Shown here piece after piece: positions 25,782 to 35,331 of a stretch of DNA of 64,000 nucleotides (within the stretch, counting starts at the first letter, position 1; every line of letters starts with the position of its first letter). The translations under genes and the position numbers were made by a program. Source of the DNA: Terriglobales bacterium (lineage in GTDB: Bacteria; Acidobacteriota; Terriglobia; Terriglobales; Acidobacteriaceae). The notes beneath the pieces were generated by a model. It saw only the letters and a list, made by a program, of their open reading frames with translations. It was not told the DNA's origin and ran no database searches. The stretch covers positions 45,915-109,914 of the forward strand of contig JBAVAQ010000023.1 of the NCBI GenBank assembly GCA_049585795.1, written 5' to 3'.

Positions 25782-26041
25782 GGTGGTTTCTTTCCCTTTC
25801 AAACGTCCTCCCCTAATACTGGGTTTGTGGGATTTACCCGAGAAATTGGTGTCAGCAGGGGAGGCTGGCAGGAAGACCTGGACTAGAAGTCGGGGCTCTC
25901 GGCCGGTAGCTAACTTGAGGCTTTCCGGGGCTCCGTTGCGCAGCCTCGGCGGTCCCAGGTTGGCGTCCTCTATATACGTGCGAACCCGCCCGGACGCGGT
26001 ATTAGGCAAAAGAACCGACACCCACAAACTAGGAGGTCTAT

Positions 26042-26239
26042 ATGAAGAGTTGCGAAGACTGCGGCGGCACGAGCTTTGAGTTGACGAGATCCGGCCGCGA
26101 GCGGTGCACGGAATGCGGCCTGATGATATGCGTTGACTGCGGAGAGGGGGTTCTTCCTAGAAACGGACACGCCAGGCTGCTACAGGCCGGGCCGCACCAA
26201 TCAGTGCCGGGACTGCGGCCGCAAGAGCGACAAGCCTAA
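26042..26239 (+). CDS. Small double zinc-ribbon protein
   Basis: AGGAGG lies 6 nt upstream of the ATG. Contains CEDCG...CTECG...CVDCG. Confidence 0.45.
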   Translation: MKSCEDCGGTSFELTRSGRERCTECGLMICVDCGEGVLPRNGHARLLQAGPHQSVPGLRPQERQA

Positions 26240-26485
26240 GGTGAAGGGCATCACGGTTGTTGAAGGCAAGAACGCCACCTCTATTGAAGTAGTGAGCGCG
26301 GAAGCGACGGATGAGTTCAGGCGGCTCTCCCGCGTAGGCGGCGCCGGACACAGTGAAGACATAAGGACGGGCCCCGCGCCCTTTCGGGGAGTGTACCCGG
26401 CGTGCCCTAGCTCGTCCATGGCGCCTACGATGGCGGAGACGGATGCAAGCCGCATGCGTGAGGAACCCGAAAAAAATCGACGCCC

Positions 26486-27652
26486 TCACGCCCCAAACTT
26501 GACGGCGTTGACTTTCTCTCTAACCTTCTTGCTCTCGGCACGCGCCAAATATCGCATCGTGCTTTCGATGTCGCGATGGCCGAGAAGCTTCTGCACGGTT
26601 TTCAGATCGACGCCGTTCTGTAGCAGCCGCGTCGCATACGTCGCGCGGAACTTGTGCGGATGCGCGCCCTCGACCTTTGCACGCTTGGCGATGGCGGCGC
26701 AGTCGTCCCAGCTGTGCGTGTACTTGTGGCCGCCGGAGTTGGCGAACACCTGCTTGCCGCGGTGCGGCATCCCCTTCAGGATCGTGAGTAGATCGTCGGG
26801 GACCTCAATGTCGCGGGCCTCCCACGTCTTCGGCTGCCAATCCTTCTTTGGCCTAACGCGGATGATGCCAGCCGTGAAGTCAACATCTTCCCACGTGAGG
26901 TTTTCTAGTTCTGCTTTCCTCAAGCCAGCCATCAAGAACGTTTTGAAAATCGCGTGACGGTAAGGGTCGCACTCCTTGAAAAATTCCGCGAGCTCGTCGT
27001 CGTTGTACACGCTGACTTCCGGTTCAGTGAACTTCATGTCCTTGACGGTGATGAGTCCCTTACCGGGATCGAGCTTGAGCACGCTACGGATGAACTGGTT
27101 TATGCGAAGACACTTGTTCGCTGCTGTGCGTTCGGAGCGTCCCTTGTCAATAAGGTGTTGCTTGAAGCGCAGGAGATCATAGCGCCTGACGAGTTCAATC
27201 AGGTTTGTGGAAACGAAGCCCTGAACACGCCTTCCCTTCTCGTCCCAATACCCGAAGAATTCGTACAGAGTATGCTTCATCAGGTTGTACGTTTCCTCGC
27301 GGTGCGACAGCCTGTACTCTTCGAGCCAGCCGTCAAGAAGGTCGCTCACCATCTTCGGAACTGGCGCTGCCTGTCGCGTTGGGGTCAGTCCGTGCGCATA
27401 GGCATTCAGGTAGGCTTCTTGCCTTTCGCGTGCGACCGTCGCGTCGGCCGCGCTGCTGCATTTGCGCCAAATGACCTTCGACCCTTCGCGAAAGCGAAGA
27501 TAGTAGCCTGCGTTCGGGACGTGCGTCGCCACTCCGCCGATCACGGCGTGATCCGGTCTGAGCTTGTTGTTCTTGCCCACAACAGGTTTGACGTAGCGCC
27601 AGCGGCCACCAACCTTGACGTACATCCAGATGCTTGCTCGACGGTTTGCCAT
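26486..27652 (-). CDS. Tyrosine recombinase / phage-type integrase
   Basis: 388 aa. C-terminal HPHKFRATYATRLLQNGVDLKTVQKLLGHRDIESTMRYL (HxxR...Y catalytic box). Directly abuts the 3' end of tRNA-Leu. Confidence 0.92.
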   Translation of the reverse strand: MANRRASIWMYVKVGGRWRYVKPVVGKNNKLRPDHAVIGGVATHVPNAGYYLRFREGSKVIWRKCSSAADATVARERQEAYLNAYAHGLTPTRQAAPVPKMVSDLLDGWLEEYRLSHREETYNLMKHTLYEFFGYWDEKGRRVQGFVSTNLIELVRRYDLLRFKQHLIDKGRSERTAANKCLRINQFIRSVLKLDPGKGLITVKDMKFTEPEVSVYNDDELAEFFKECDPYRHAIFKTFLMAGLRKAELENLTWEDVDFTAGIIRVRPKKDWQPKTWEARDIEVPDDLLTILKGMPHRGKQVFANSGGHKYTHSWDDCAAIAKRAKVEGAHPHKFRATYATRLLQNGVDLKTVQKLLGHRDIESTMRYLARAESKKVREKVNAVKFGA

Positions 27653-27740
27653 GCCTGCCTAGCTGCAAGCATCAGGCAAAACGGTAAGAAGGTGGTAGGA
27701 ACGGACGATATTGGACTTAAGTAATTGAAACTAAAAGTGC

Positions 27741-27827
27741 TGGTGCCGGGAGGGGGAGTCGAACCCCCAAGGGCCGAAGCCCGGCGGATTTTGAGTCCGC
27801 TGCGTCTGCCAGTTCCGCCATCCCGGC
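27741..27827 (-). tRNA. tRNA-Leu (anticodon CAA), CCA encoded
   Basis: Reverse complement gccgggatggcggaactggcaga...ggactCAAaatcc...long variable arm...ggttcgactccccctcccggcacca. Cloverleaf with a 7-bp acceptor stem. Confidence 0.9.
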
Positions 27828-27892
27828 TTGGGATTTCACGTGACGAGAGTTTAGCTTAATTGACCGTTTGGGGCTTTGCAACGGCGTCGTTC

Positions 27893-29284
27893 CTAGGCTT
27901 CGACTGCGGTCTGAGTGTACACGGGAAACTCGGCCTCCTGCCAGGCGTCAAAGCCTCCGATCACGTTTGTAACGTTTTTGAATCCTGCCCGTTGCAGCAG
28001 GCTACAGGCGATCATGCTGCGATATCCGCTCTTGCAATGAACGGCAATGGGCCGGTCGCGATCGATCTCGGGCGGAGAGACTTTGAAATTGTCCAATGGC
28101 CACCAGGTCGCGCCTTCAAGGTGTCCCGCCTGCCACTCAGGTCCGCGGCGCACATCGAGCACTTGCGAAGCTTGTGATCGCAAGCGATCGTGCAAAACTT
28201 TCACGGTGATTTGGGATAATTCTGCAAGCGCGAACCCAGCCTGCTTCCAAGCTTCGCCGCCGCCGTCTAAATATCCTCGCGGATCTTCCAGTCCTACTCG
28301 CGCCAAGCGGAGCCGGGCTTCGGATAATTGTTCCGCAGAATCGGCAATCAACACTGGACGAGCGGTCAAGCCCAGGACCGTTCCTGCCCAGGAAGCGAAC
28401 TGTCCTGAGAGGGCAATATTAATTGAGCCGGGTACGTGCTGGTGAGCAAACCGATCGCCCGGGCGGACGTCGAGCGCAATGACACCGTCGTCGAGCAGCG
28501 ACTTCAGTTGAGCCGCCGAAATTGGCGGCAGTTCGGGAAGATCGGAGAGCGTTGGCGCGCCCTCTCGGTTTATTTCCGCGTCCTGCAGAAAATATTCAGG
28601 ACGCGTGGGCAGGTTGGTGGTCAGCTGCCGAATGAATTCCTCTTTGCTTTTTATCTGCAGCGCGTAGTTGGTAAGCCTTTCCGTGCCAATGGTGGAGGAA
28701 CGCTCGGCGCGCATATTGCGTCCGCAGAGAGAGCCGGCGCCATGCGCCGGATAAACGAGCACGTCATCGGGGAGCGTGAGCAGCTGGCCGTGCAGGCTCT
28801 CATACAGCATGCCTCCCAATTCCGCCGGAGTGTGAGTGGTCGAGAGATCGGGCCGTCCGACATCGCCGAGGAAGAGGGTGTCGCCGGTCAAAACTGCCCA
28901 GGGATTCTGTGATTTTTCTTCGTCCGTGATTACAAGGCATATGCTTTCGGGTGTGTGTCCCGGCGTGTCCAGCACCTTGAGAAGCAAATTTCCGACGCGC
29001 AACTCGAAGCCATCTCGGACAGCGATGTGGGGAAATCGGGCGCGAGCGTTGGCTCCGATGTAGATCTTTGCACCGGTACGCGCGGCCAGCTCGTTATGTC
29101 CAGAAACAAAATCGGCGTGCAGGTGAGTTTCAAAAATATGGAGAATCTTGACTTCGTGTTCTTCGGCGGCCTTCAGGTAGATATCCACATCACGTTGAGG
29201 ATCGACCACAATGGCTTCTCCCTGCGACGCCAGCATGTAGGAAGCGTGCGCCAAACAACCCAAGTAAAACTGTTCGAAGTACAT
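27893..29284 (-). CDS. MBL-fold persulfide dioxygenase-like protein fused to two rhodanese domains
   Basis: Start at MYFEQFY (ATG at 29284). THLHADFVSGH metal site. Two rhodanese-like repeats, the last with the CKSGYRS active-site loop. Confidence 0.8.
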   Translation of the reverse strand: MYFEQFYLGCLAHASYMLASQGEAIVVDPQRDVDIYLKAAEEHEVKILHIFETHLHADFVSGHNELAARTGAKIYIGANARARFPHIAVRDGFELRVGNLLLKVLDTPGHTPESICLVITDEEKSQNPWAVLTGDTLFLGDVGRPDLSTTHTPAELGGMLYESLHGQLLTLPDDVLVYPAHGAGSLCGRNMRAERSSTIGTERLTNYALQIKSKEEFIRQLTTNLPTRPEYFLQDAEINREGAPTLSDLPELPPISAAQLKSLLDDGVIALDVRPGDRFAHQHVPGSINIALSGQFASWAGTVLGLTARPVLIADSAEQLSEARLRLARVGLEDPRGYLDGGGEAWKQAGFALAELSQITVKVLHDRLRSQASQVLDVRRGPEWQAGHLEGATWWPLDNFKVSPPEIDRDRPIAVHCKSGYRSMIACSLLQRAGFKNVTNVIGGFDAWQEAEFPVYTQTAVEA

Positions 29285-29501
29285 GATGTTGTCCTCAGTG
29301 GACAATCGAAAGCTGAAGAAGATCTCGACCCAGACCATCATAGTCCACACATCGAGGGTTGGGAACGTCCCTAAGGAAACGGGCCGAACGATGTTGAAAT
29401 TCGCAGTGGAAGAGGAAAAGTTGGCTGTTTTCCACTTTCATTTCTGCGCTACAATGCAAGTTGGAAATCGCATTGTCCTGTTCCCCCCAGGAGGTTGTTT
29501 G

Positions 29502-29960
29502 ATGTACCGGCCCCCCCTTAGTAGCGGATCCAATCCACCGCTCGATGTCGAATCAACCATTCGCGGTCTCACCCAGGATTTGGGCATGGCCTTCAACACC
29601 GGCAACTATGACCAGGCAGCGGCCTTATTCGCTTCCGATGGCGTTTTGATGCTTTCGCATCGCGAGCCGTCTCAGGGGCCGAAAGGAATTGAGCGCGCGC
29701 TGCGCCAGTACGGCGATTCGGGATACCAGAATCTGCGCTTTGAAACCACCCGTGTCGATTACTCGGGTGACATGGCCATTGAGATGGGCCGTTACACGGT
29801 TTCGAATGCTCTGGGCAGCAGAACCGTCGGTGATGCCGGAAAATTCTTGCGCGCCTGGCGTCGCCTGGGTGTTTGGCGCATCGTAGGCGATTCCTGGAGC
29901 AGCAGTGCGCCTATTGCCAGTCACGAAATCAAACTTGGCGAGGATGCAAGAGTTGCCTGA
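29502..29960 (+). CDS. SnoaL-like/DUF4440 (NTF2-fold) protein
   Basis: ATG at 29502 with AGGAGG upstream. Pattern FNTGNYDQAAALFASDGVLM...GKFLRAWRRLGVWRIV. Confidence 0.5.
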   Translation: MYRPPLSSGSNPPLDVESTIRGLTQDLGMAFNTGNYDQAAALFASDGVLMLSHREPSQGPKGIERALRQYGDSGYQNLRFETTRVDYSGDMAIEMGRYTVSNALGSRTVGDAGKFLRAWRRLGVWRIVGDSWSSSAPIASHEIKLGEDARVA

Positions 29961-30015
29961 GAATCGGGAGTTGCAATTGCAGGCAGCCGGTCCCAGATGA
30001 TAAGTTTCGGCAAGC

Positions 30016-30204
30016 GTGAATCGCGAAGTATCGAGCCCGATCAATTCTGAGAGCGTCGAATTAACCAATCATGCCGCTATCAATGCCGATGACGGCGCCG
30101 CATCGCGCTTCTGCCCGAACTGTTCGGTGGAATTGCAGGAGAATCGCTGCAAACTAATCTGCCCACGCTGCGGCTTTTATCTAAGCTGTTCCGACTTCTA
30201 CTAA
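30016..30204 (+). CDS. Small zinc-ribbon protein
   Basis: 62 aa with CPNC...x14...CPRCG, ending in CSDFY. Confidence 0.4.
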   Translation: MNREVSSPINSESVELTNHAAINADDGAASRFCPNCSVELQENRCKLICPRCGFYLSCSDFY

Positions 30205-30344
30205 GATCAGCGTTGCGGAGATCCTCGATTTTCGCTGCGCGCTGGGGCGGCAGATAGCGAGTGCTAGGTGCTTCGGGCCTGACACCTTGGCTCGCTTCCA
30301 TCTACAATAGCTAAGCACATGACTTCATAATTTAAGGAGCAGAA

Positions 30345-30770
30345 ATGCAACGCAAGGCAAGCGCAGTTTGGAAAGGTGGACTTAAGGACGGCAAGGGGGC
30401 GGTATCGTCGTCGAGCGGCGTTCTGAACAATACACCTTACTCTTTCAGCACGCGATTCGAAAACACTCCCGGCACGAATCCGGAAGAGCTAATTGCGGCG
30501 GCGCACGCCGGATGCTTCTCAATGGCGCTCTCCGGGCAGTTGGGCGCGGCCAACCTCACGGCCTCCAGCATCGAGACCACAGCCACGCTCACCCTGGAAA
30601 AGCTCGATTCCGGCTGGACGATTACCGCTGTTCATCTGGATGTGGTCGGCCACGTACCCAACGCGGATCAGGCTGCGTTTCAGAAGGCGGCAGAGAATGC
30701 GAAGAGCGGATGTCCTGTATCCAAGGTGCTCAAGGCGAACATCACAATGAGTGCCAAGCTGGAAGGGTAG
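30345..30770 (+). CDS. osmC: OsmC family peroxiredoxin
   Basis: 141 aa with [19 protein letters not shown] and GCPVSKVL, the two conserved Cys motifs. Confidence 0.85.
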   Translation: MQRKASAVWKGGLKDGKGAVSSSSGVLNNTPYSFSTRFENTPGTNPEELIAAAHAGCFSMALSGQLGAANLTASSIETTATLTLEKLDSGWTITAVHLDVVGHVPNADQAAFQKAAENAKSGCPVSKVLKANITMSAKLEG

Positions 30771-30965
30771 TGGGTCGGGCTCGCTAGCGGTAGAAACTGG
30801 ACGGCGATTTCAGAAGGATGTATCTGAAATTCTGAGGCCTGAAGCGTGAAGCCCGGAGCTGAAGTCTGAGAGGTTTGACAGCAATCGTTGCCCTTGTAGA
30901 ATATTACCTGTGGTTCTCTCCTGAAGGTGGCCTGAATAGGTCGCCGCGTAACCGAATCACTTTTT

Positions 30966-31052
30966 GCCATCGTGGCGGAATTGGCAGACGCGCATGGTTC
31001 AGGTCCATGTACCCGCAAGGGTGTGGGGGTTCGAGTCCCTTCGATGGCACCA
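30966..31052 (+). tRNA. tRNA-Leu (anticodon CAG), CCA encoded
   Basis: gccatcg...catggttCAGgtccatg...long variable arm...gggggttcgagtcccttcgatggcacca. Confidence 0.9.
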
Positions 31053-31173
31053 ACGGTTTTTCTCCGGCTCTCGGTTCTCTCGCGAGAATTGTTTCCTGCC
31101 TTTGACCAGCCTGGTTTGACAGGCTGGTGACAAGGGTTCCGATACCCCTCCCGTATAATTGTTGCGACTTGCC

Positions 31174-31986
31174 ATGCCTGGTAGCCTGGATCAAATCGTC
31201 GCCGCAACCCGGCGAAAAGTCGCGGGGGCCAAGCCTGTAGCCGATCTTCGCCAACTCGAGCAGCAGGCGGGAAACCATGTCCCACGTGGCTTTCGACGCG
31301 CATTGGAATCGGCTAGCCAGAACGGCATTGCCGTAATCGCGGAGCTAAAACGCGCGTCGCCTTCGCGAGGGCTGATTCGTTCTGATTTCGATTCTGCGGT
31401 TCTGGCGAAAGAATTGGAGGACTCGGGGGCCACGGCTTTGTCTGTTCTGACCGATGAGGAGTTCTTTCAAGGGTCGCTGGAAAATCTGCGGCGTGCGTCT
31501 GCCAGCACAAAGTTGCCTTGCCTGCGCAAGGATTTCATCGTCGACGAATTCCAGTTACTCGAAGCGAGAGCCAACGGCGCCGACGCAGTTCTGTTGATTG
31601 TGGCCGCGCTGGCTCGGGAGGAATTGAAGCTGCTGACTGAGCGAGCCCGTGAGCACGGCCTTGACGTTTTGTGCGAAGTGCATGATGAAGAGGAATTGCG
31701 TCGAGCTATAGACGCCGGATGCGCGCTCATCGGCGTAAACAGTCGCGATTTGCGAACATTCAAGGTTGACCTTGAAACCGCATTTCGATTAGCTGCCTCG
31801 ATTCCCAGGAACGTGCTGCGCGTAGCCGAAAGCGGAATTCGCAGCGGGGTGGATATCGCGCGCCTGCGTGCCGCTGGTTACCAGGCATTTTTGATTGGCG
31901 AGTGGTTAATGAAAGCCAACTTGCCTGGAGAAGCATTGAAAGCTCTTCTGGTCGAAGTACAACGCGAGTCTCTAGTCAAAAAATAA
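31174..31986 (+). CDS. trpC: Indole-3-glycerol phosphate synthase
   Basis: IAELKRASPSRG, LSVLTDEEFFQGS, CLRKDFIVDEFQ and IGVNSRDLRTF. ATG at 31174; the track ORF starts at the TTG at 31159. Confidence 0.92.
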   Translation: MPGSLDQIVAATRRKVAGAKPVADLRQLEQQAGNHVPRGFRRALESASQNGIAVIAELKRASPSRGLIRSDFDSAVLAKELEDSGATALSVLTDEEFFQGSLENLRRASASTKLPCLRKDFIVDEFQLLEARANGADAVLLIVAALAREELKLLTERAREHGLDVLCEVHDEEELRRAIDAGCALIGVNSRDLRTFKVDLETAFRLAASIPRNVLRVAESGIRSGVDIARLRAAGYQAFLIGEWLMKANLPGEALKALLVEVQRESLVKK

Positions 31987-32035
31987 GCCGCCGTCAAGGC
32001 TGAGAACCGACAACGGAGAACCGGGAACTGGTTTC

Positions 32036-32770
32036 ATGACGTGGGTAAAAATTTGCGGGATTACGAATCTCGAAGATGCGTTGACGGCAGTCGATGCCGG
32101 CGCGGATGCGTTGGGATTCGTGTTTTACGAGAAGAGCCCGCGAAACGCGGCACCAGCAACCGTGCGTGAAATAGTGCACCAAATGCCCGCGCACATCGAG
32201 AAGGTTGGAGTGTTTGTCGGCAATAATCCTAAGAATCTGCCTGAACTCGCGCATGATTTGGGCCTGACCGGAGCGCAGCTACATTTCGGCACTGAGGTCG
32301 GTTCGGTAAACGAAACGATGGTGCATGGTTCAGGGTGCTTTCCACTAGGGTTCAAGAGCTACACCTCAATGCCGGCTGAGTGGTTCATCGAATCGGAAGA
32401 TTCCGCGAGTCGTTTTATCGCCAGTGCCGCGCGAGCAGCAGAGATTATGCGCTCCCACCCGGGAGGGGATAAGTTGTCGAACTTCGTTCAGACAATTTTT
32501 CTCGATTCCGGTAGCCTTCAGCAACCTGGTGGAACCGGTACAGTATTCAATTGGAAGAAAGCAGCACCAATCGTGGAACACATGCGACAAGTCGTGAGGG
32601 TCGTGGTCGCCGGCGGCCTGAACCCCTCGAACGTTACCGATGCGATCCATATCTTGAAGCCCTGGGGGGTGGATGTTTCGTCAGGTGTCGAATCGAAACC
32701 GGGGAAGAAAGATCCCGAAAAAGTCCGGGCGTTTGTTGCTGCAGTTCGTCAGGCGGAGAGGGTCGAATAG
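32036..32770 (+). CDS. trpF: Phosphoribosylanthranilate isomerase
   Basis: VKICGIT, ADALGFVFYEKSPR, DSGS...GGTG..FNW, AGGL and GVDVSSGVE. Confidence 0.88.
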   Translation: MTWVKICGITNLEDALTAVDAGADALGFVFYEKSPRNAAPATVREIVHQMPAHIEKVGVFVGNNPKNLPELAHDLGLTGAQLHFGTEVGSVNETMVHGSGCFPLGFKSYTSMPAEWFIESEDSASRFIASAARAAEIMRSHPGGDKLSNFVQTIFLDSGSLQQPGGTGTVFNWKKAAPIVEHMRQVVRVVVAGGLNPSNVTDAIHILKPWGVDVSSGVESKPGKKDPEKVRAFVAAVRQAERVE

Positions 32771-32773
32771 GAA

Positions 32774-34021
32774 ATGGCAACGGCGACAGTCATGAAGAAC
32801 AAAGAATCGTCAACCGTCAAAGGTCGTTTCGGCGCGTACGGCGGCCGCTACGTCCCCGAGACGCTAATGGCTGCGCTTGAAGAATTGGAGCACGAATACG
32901 ACAAGGCGAAGCGGGATCGCAAGTTCCAGCATCGTCTGGATGAATTGCTGCACACCTACGCTGGTCGGCCGACTCCGTTGTTTTTCGCGCGCCGACTCAC
33001 ACAAAAACTTCGCGGCGCAAAGATCTATCTCAAGCGCGAAGAACTTCTCCACACCGGCGCGCACAAGATCAACAACTGTCTCGGACAGGGACTGTTGGCC
33101 GAACGCATGGGCAAGCGCCGCATCATCGCCGAAACCGGCGCGGGACAGCACGGTGTCGCGACGGCTACTGTGTGCGCGCTGCTCGGTTTCGAATGCGTTG
33201 TTTACATGGGCACCGAGGACATGCGGCGCCAGGAGCTAAATGTTTTCCGTATGCGGCTGCTCGGGGCTGAAGTACGCGGCGTGGAGTCGGGCTCGCGCAC
33301 TTTGAAAGACGCCATCAACGAAGCCATGCGCGATTGGGTGACCAACGTTCGCACCACGCATTATCTTCTGGGCAGTGTGCTGGGCGCTCATCCCTATCCC
33401 ACGATGGTGCGCGATTTCCACAAAATCATTGGCCGCGAGGCGCGAGCGCAGATTATCAAAGCTGAAGGCAAACTGCCGGCCGCGATTATCGCCTGTGTAG
33501 GCGGCGGCTCAAATTCGATCGGCATTTTCTATGAGTTCATCAAAGAGAAACGCGTAAAGCTGATCGGCGTCGAAGCTGGTGGACGGGGTAACAACCTCGG
33601 CGAGCACGCCGCACGTTTTCACGGCGGTTCGCCCGGTGTGTTGCAGGGAACGTTTTCCTATCTGCTGCAGGACGCGGCGGGGCAGGTTGCCAACACACAT
33701 TCGGTGTCAGCCGGGCTGGACTATCCCTCGATCGGTCCTGAGCATGCCGCACTTTACGATTCGGGTCGCGCGGAGTACGTTTCAGCATCTGATGCTGAGG
33801 CTTTAGATGCTTGCACTTTGTTGGCTCAGACGGAAGGCATTATTCCTGCTCTTGAGTCGGCGCATGCCGTAGCCGAACTGATCAAGCGCGCACCCAAGAT
33901 GAAGAAGTCAGACATCGTGATCGTGAACATCTCCGGACGCGGAGATAAGGATATCGGAATCTTAAGGGAAAACCTGAAGCTCGACGGCCAGGGCAATTCA
34001 CCATTTTCGCCTCGCATATAG
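32774..34021 (+). CDS. trpB: Tryptophan synthase beta chain
   Basis: [24 protein letters not shown] (PLP Lys), [12 protein letters not shown] and GGGSNSIG. Confidence 0.95.
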   Translation: MATATVMKNKESSTVKGRFGAYGGRYVPETLMAALEELEHEYDKAKRDRKFQHRLDELLHTYAGRPTPLFFARRLTQKLRGAKIYLKREELLHTGAHKINNCLGQGLLAERMGKRRIIAETGAGQHGVATATVCALLGFECVVYMGTEDMRRQELNVFRMRLLGAEVRGVESGSRTLKDAINEAMRDWVTNVRTTHYLLGSVLGAHPYPTMVRDFHKIIGREARAQIIKAEGKLPAAIIACVGGGSNSIGIFYEFIKEKRVKLIGVEAGGRGNNLGEHAARFHGGSPGVLQGTFSYLLQDAAGQVANTHSVSAGLDYPSIGPEHAALYDSGRAEYVSASDAEALDACTLLAQTEGIIPALESAHAVAELIKRAPKMKKSDIVIVNISGRGDKDIGILRENLKLDGQGNSPFSPRI

Positions 34022-34048
34022 CGAGCTTCAACCGGATTTCTAAAAACT

Positions 34049-34837
34049 TTGCCTCTTTCCTTTCAAACTCGCCCCGCTCTCGTCGCATACGTGACTTGTG
34101 GCGATCCCGACCTGGCGACCACGCGGGATGTTGTGTTGGCTGCGATCGACGCCGGAGCCGGTGTAATTGAACTCGGTGTGCCCTTCAGTGACCCGGTAGC
34201 CGACGGTCCGGTCATACAACGCGCCAGCCAACGGGCACTCCACCACGGCACAAGGCTGGCGGATGTTTTGAAACTCGCGGCGGAAGTGCGCCAACACGCG
34301 CAATCAACCGGGCTCATCATATTTTCCTACTTGAATCCGATTCTCCGCATGGGATTGGAAAAGTTCTGCAAGATTGCACGCCACGCCGGAGTGGATGGAG
34401 CGTTGCTTACAGACTTGCCGGTAGAAGAAGCGGGCGACTATTTGCGCGAGATGCGTCGAAACGATTTGGCAACGGTGTTTCTCGCGGCACCCACCAGCAC
34501 GGATGACCGTCTGAAGCGGATTGCAGAAGCGTCTAGCGGATTCGTGTACGCGGTCTCGCGGACCGGGGTCACTGGAGCCCGTCAAGAGTTGACTAAAGAT
34601 GCGCAAAAACTTGTCCGCCGCCTGCGCAAATACACGAAGCTTCCCATTGCTGTTGGCTTCGGCATTTCCACCGCAGAGCAATTTGCGGCGGTAGGAGAAT
34701 TCGCTGATGCGGCGGTGGTTGGCAGCGCCATTGTTGAAACCATCGAACGGAATCCCGGCAAAGAAGCCGAGTCTGTGGCAGAATTCATAAAACAGCTTTC
34801 AGCCGTCAGCTCTCAGCTTTCAGCTCAACAACGATGA
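34049..34837 (+). CDS. trpA: Tryptophan synthase alpha chain
   Basis: YVTCGDPD, ELGVPFSDPVADGPVIQ, and GFGIST near the C-terminus. Confidence 0.92.
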   Translation: MPLSFQTRPALVAYVTCGDPDLATTRDVVLAAIDAGAGVIELGVPFSDPVADGPVIQRASQRALHHGTRLADVLKLAAEVRQHAQSTGLIIFSYLNPILRMGLEKFCKIARHAGVDGALLTDLPVEEAGDYLREMRRNDLATVFLAAPTSTDDRLKRIAEASSGFVYAVSRTGVTGARQELTKDAQKLVRRLRKYTKLPIAVGFGISTAEQFAAVGEFADAAVVGSAIVETIERNPGKEAESVAEFIKQLSAVSSQLSAQQR

Positions 34838-34901
34838 TTTTTTGCATTCGAGTCGCTGCGGAGCTGATATTCATCTCAAGTGAAGCTGAGAGCTGACAGC
34901 T
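34801..34901. repeat. AGCT-rich inverted repeat spanning the trpA stop
   Basis: agccgtcagctctcagcttt (34801-34820) pairs 18/20 with gaagctgagagctgacagct (34882-34901). The 61-nt loop contains the trpA stop codon and a T6 run. Confidence 0.6.
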
Positions 34902-34918
34902 GAGAGCCAATAGCTTCT

Positions 34919-35245
34919 ATGGACATTTCGGATTGGCGTAAGAAAATCGACGAGCTTGACCGCAAACTGGTGGAGTTGCTGAGCCAGCGGGCGCAAGCCG
35001 CCCATGAGATCGGCAGATTGAAACGTGGGGCTGGCATGCCCATTTATGAGCCAGATCGTGAACGCGCGGTATTCGACAATGTGCGGGGAGTGAATCCGGG
35101 GCCATTGCCGGATCGCGATCTGCTCTGCATCTACGAACGCATTATGGATATCATGCGCCAGATTCAACAAGAAGAGATTGCCCCGAAGCCAGCAGCGGCC
35201 AAGGTCCCTGGCGATACAGAATTGGATGCAGAAGTAAATGATTGA
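34919..35245 (+). CDS. Chorismate mutase (AroQ class)
   Basis: 108 aa with IDELDRKLVELLSQRAQAAHEIGRLK and YEPDRERAV. Confidence 0.85.
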   Translation: MDISDWRKKIDELDRKLVELLSQRAQAAHEIGRLKRGAGMPIYEPDRERAVFDNVRGVNPGPLPDRDLLCIYERIMDIMRQIQQEEIAPKPAAAKVPGDTELDAEVND

Positions 35246-35331
35246 GAGAACCAGCGTCTAGCTGCTAGCTTCTCGCGAAGACAAAAGCTAGAGGCCAAGA
35301 GCTGGAAGCCAAGAGCTAGAAGCCGCTTTTT

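Larger units (their letters stand above)
19571..27740. mobile_element. Integrative island at tRNA-Leu(CAA); left boundary undetermined
   Basis: Integrase next to the tRNA 3' end, followed by regulator, replication and cargo (defence-type) genes with a compositional shift. I could not find a distal direct repeat of the tRNA 3' end by eye, so the island may extend further left. Confidence 0.4.

Noticed and set aside
26133-27724. Two long + strand ORFs (26133-26957, 26954-27724)
   Set aside because: Both are antisense to the clearly identified tyrosine integrase gene and have no family motifs.
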